From the NCBI GenBank assembly GCA_963825685.1, contig CAWGUD010000041.1, positions 13,809-77,808 on the forward strand: a stretch of DNA of 64,000 bases, in the 5' to 3' direction. Positions 63,607 to 64,000 of the stretch are shown piece by piece. How positions within the stretch are numbered: the first letter of the stretch is position 1; every line of letters starts with the position of its first letter. Position numbers and translations under genes: made by a program. This DNA comes from an uncultured Actinomycetes bacterium (lineage in GTDB: Bacteria; Actinomycetota; UBA4738; HRBIN12). The notes under the pieces are model-generated. The model searched no databases and was not told the DNA's origin. It saw only the letters and a list, made by a program, of their open reading frames with translations.

Positions 63607-64000
63607 GCCGGACCTCCCTTCGCATCCTGGATCGCTCGCCACACCCGTTCGGGAGAAGCGGGCTTGTCGATGTGGTTCACACCGAGGTGCGAGACCGCGT
63701 CGATCACGGCGTTCACGACGGCCGGCGGCGACGCGATCGTTCCGGCTTCCCCGATGCCCTTCACGCCGAGCGAGTTCGTGGTCGACGGCGTGACCGTGCG
63801 GTCCTGGGTGATCGTCGGCACCTCGACCGCGGTGGGCACGAGGTACTGGGTCATCGACGACGTCGTCAGGTTGCCCGATTCGTCGTAGATCGCTTCCTCG
63901 TACAGCGCTTCGGCCACGCCTTGCGCGACGCCCCCGTGCACCTGGCCCTCGACGATCATCGGGTTGATCACGTTGCCGCAGTCGTCGACCGCCACGTACT
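63603..64000 (-). CDS. C-terminus of a molybdopterin large subunit, CoxL-like (partial)
   Basis: DCGNVINP..VEGQ.HGG..QG, KGIGEAG...SP.AV.NA. Confidence 0.9.
   Translation of the reverse strand, partial: YVAVDDCGNVINPMIVEGQVHGGVAQGVAEALYEEAIYDESGNLTTSSMTQYLVPTAVEVPTITQDRTVTPSTTNSLGVKGIGEAGTIASPPAVVNAVIDAVSHLGVNHIDKPASPERVWRAIQDAKGGPA

Overview
High-GC DNA from a monoderm bacterium, most likely Actinomycetota. The left third follows the conserved actinobacterial housekeeping order mfd-pth-rplY-prs-glmU-tRNA(Gln)-ispE-rsmA-'rpfB slot'-tatD-metG-rsmI-pmt, with accessory insertions: an ECF sigma/anti-sigma pair, a two-cyclase block behind tRNA-Gln and a DUF222-HNH element. About 20 genes, including essential ones (prs, glmU, ispE, metG), carry single-base frameshifts. 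This points to long-read indel errors rather than pseudogenes, so coordinates of these genes are approximate. The standout is an apparently complete nitrous oxide reduction cluster (41.9-48.7 kb). It has a clade II-type nosZ with a twin-arginine-like leader, a cupredoxin lipoprotein, a nosB-like gene, a His-rich C-terminally anchored nosD, nosF, nosY and an Fe-S Rrf2 regulator, with two copies of a 21-bp palindrome upstream. No nosL, nosR or cytochrome c gene is seen. The cluster lies between glcDE and a distant glcF. Also noted: a 6-TM adenylyl cyclase coupled to an orphan osmolyte-binding lipoprotein, an RpfB-like protein with an RlpA domain behind an SOS box, a parS-like site, a candidate sRNA with a PafBC-type promoter, a decayed adenosine deaminase, and the end of a coxL-coxM...coxD-coxE-like cluster.
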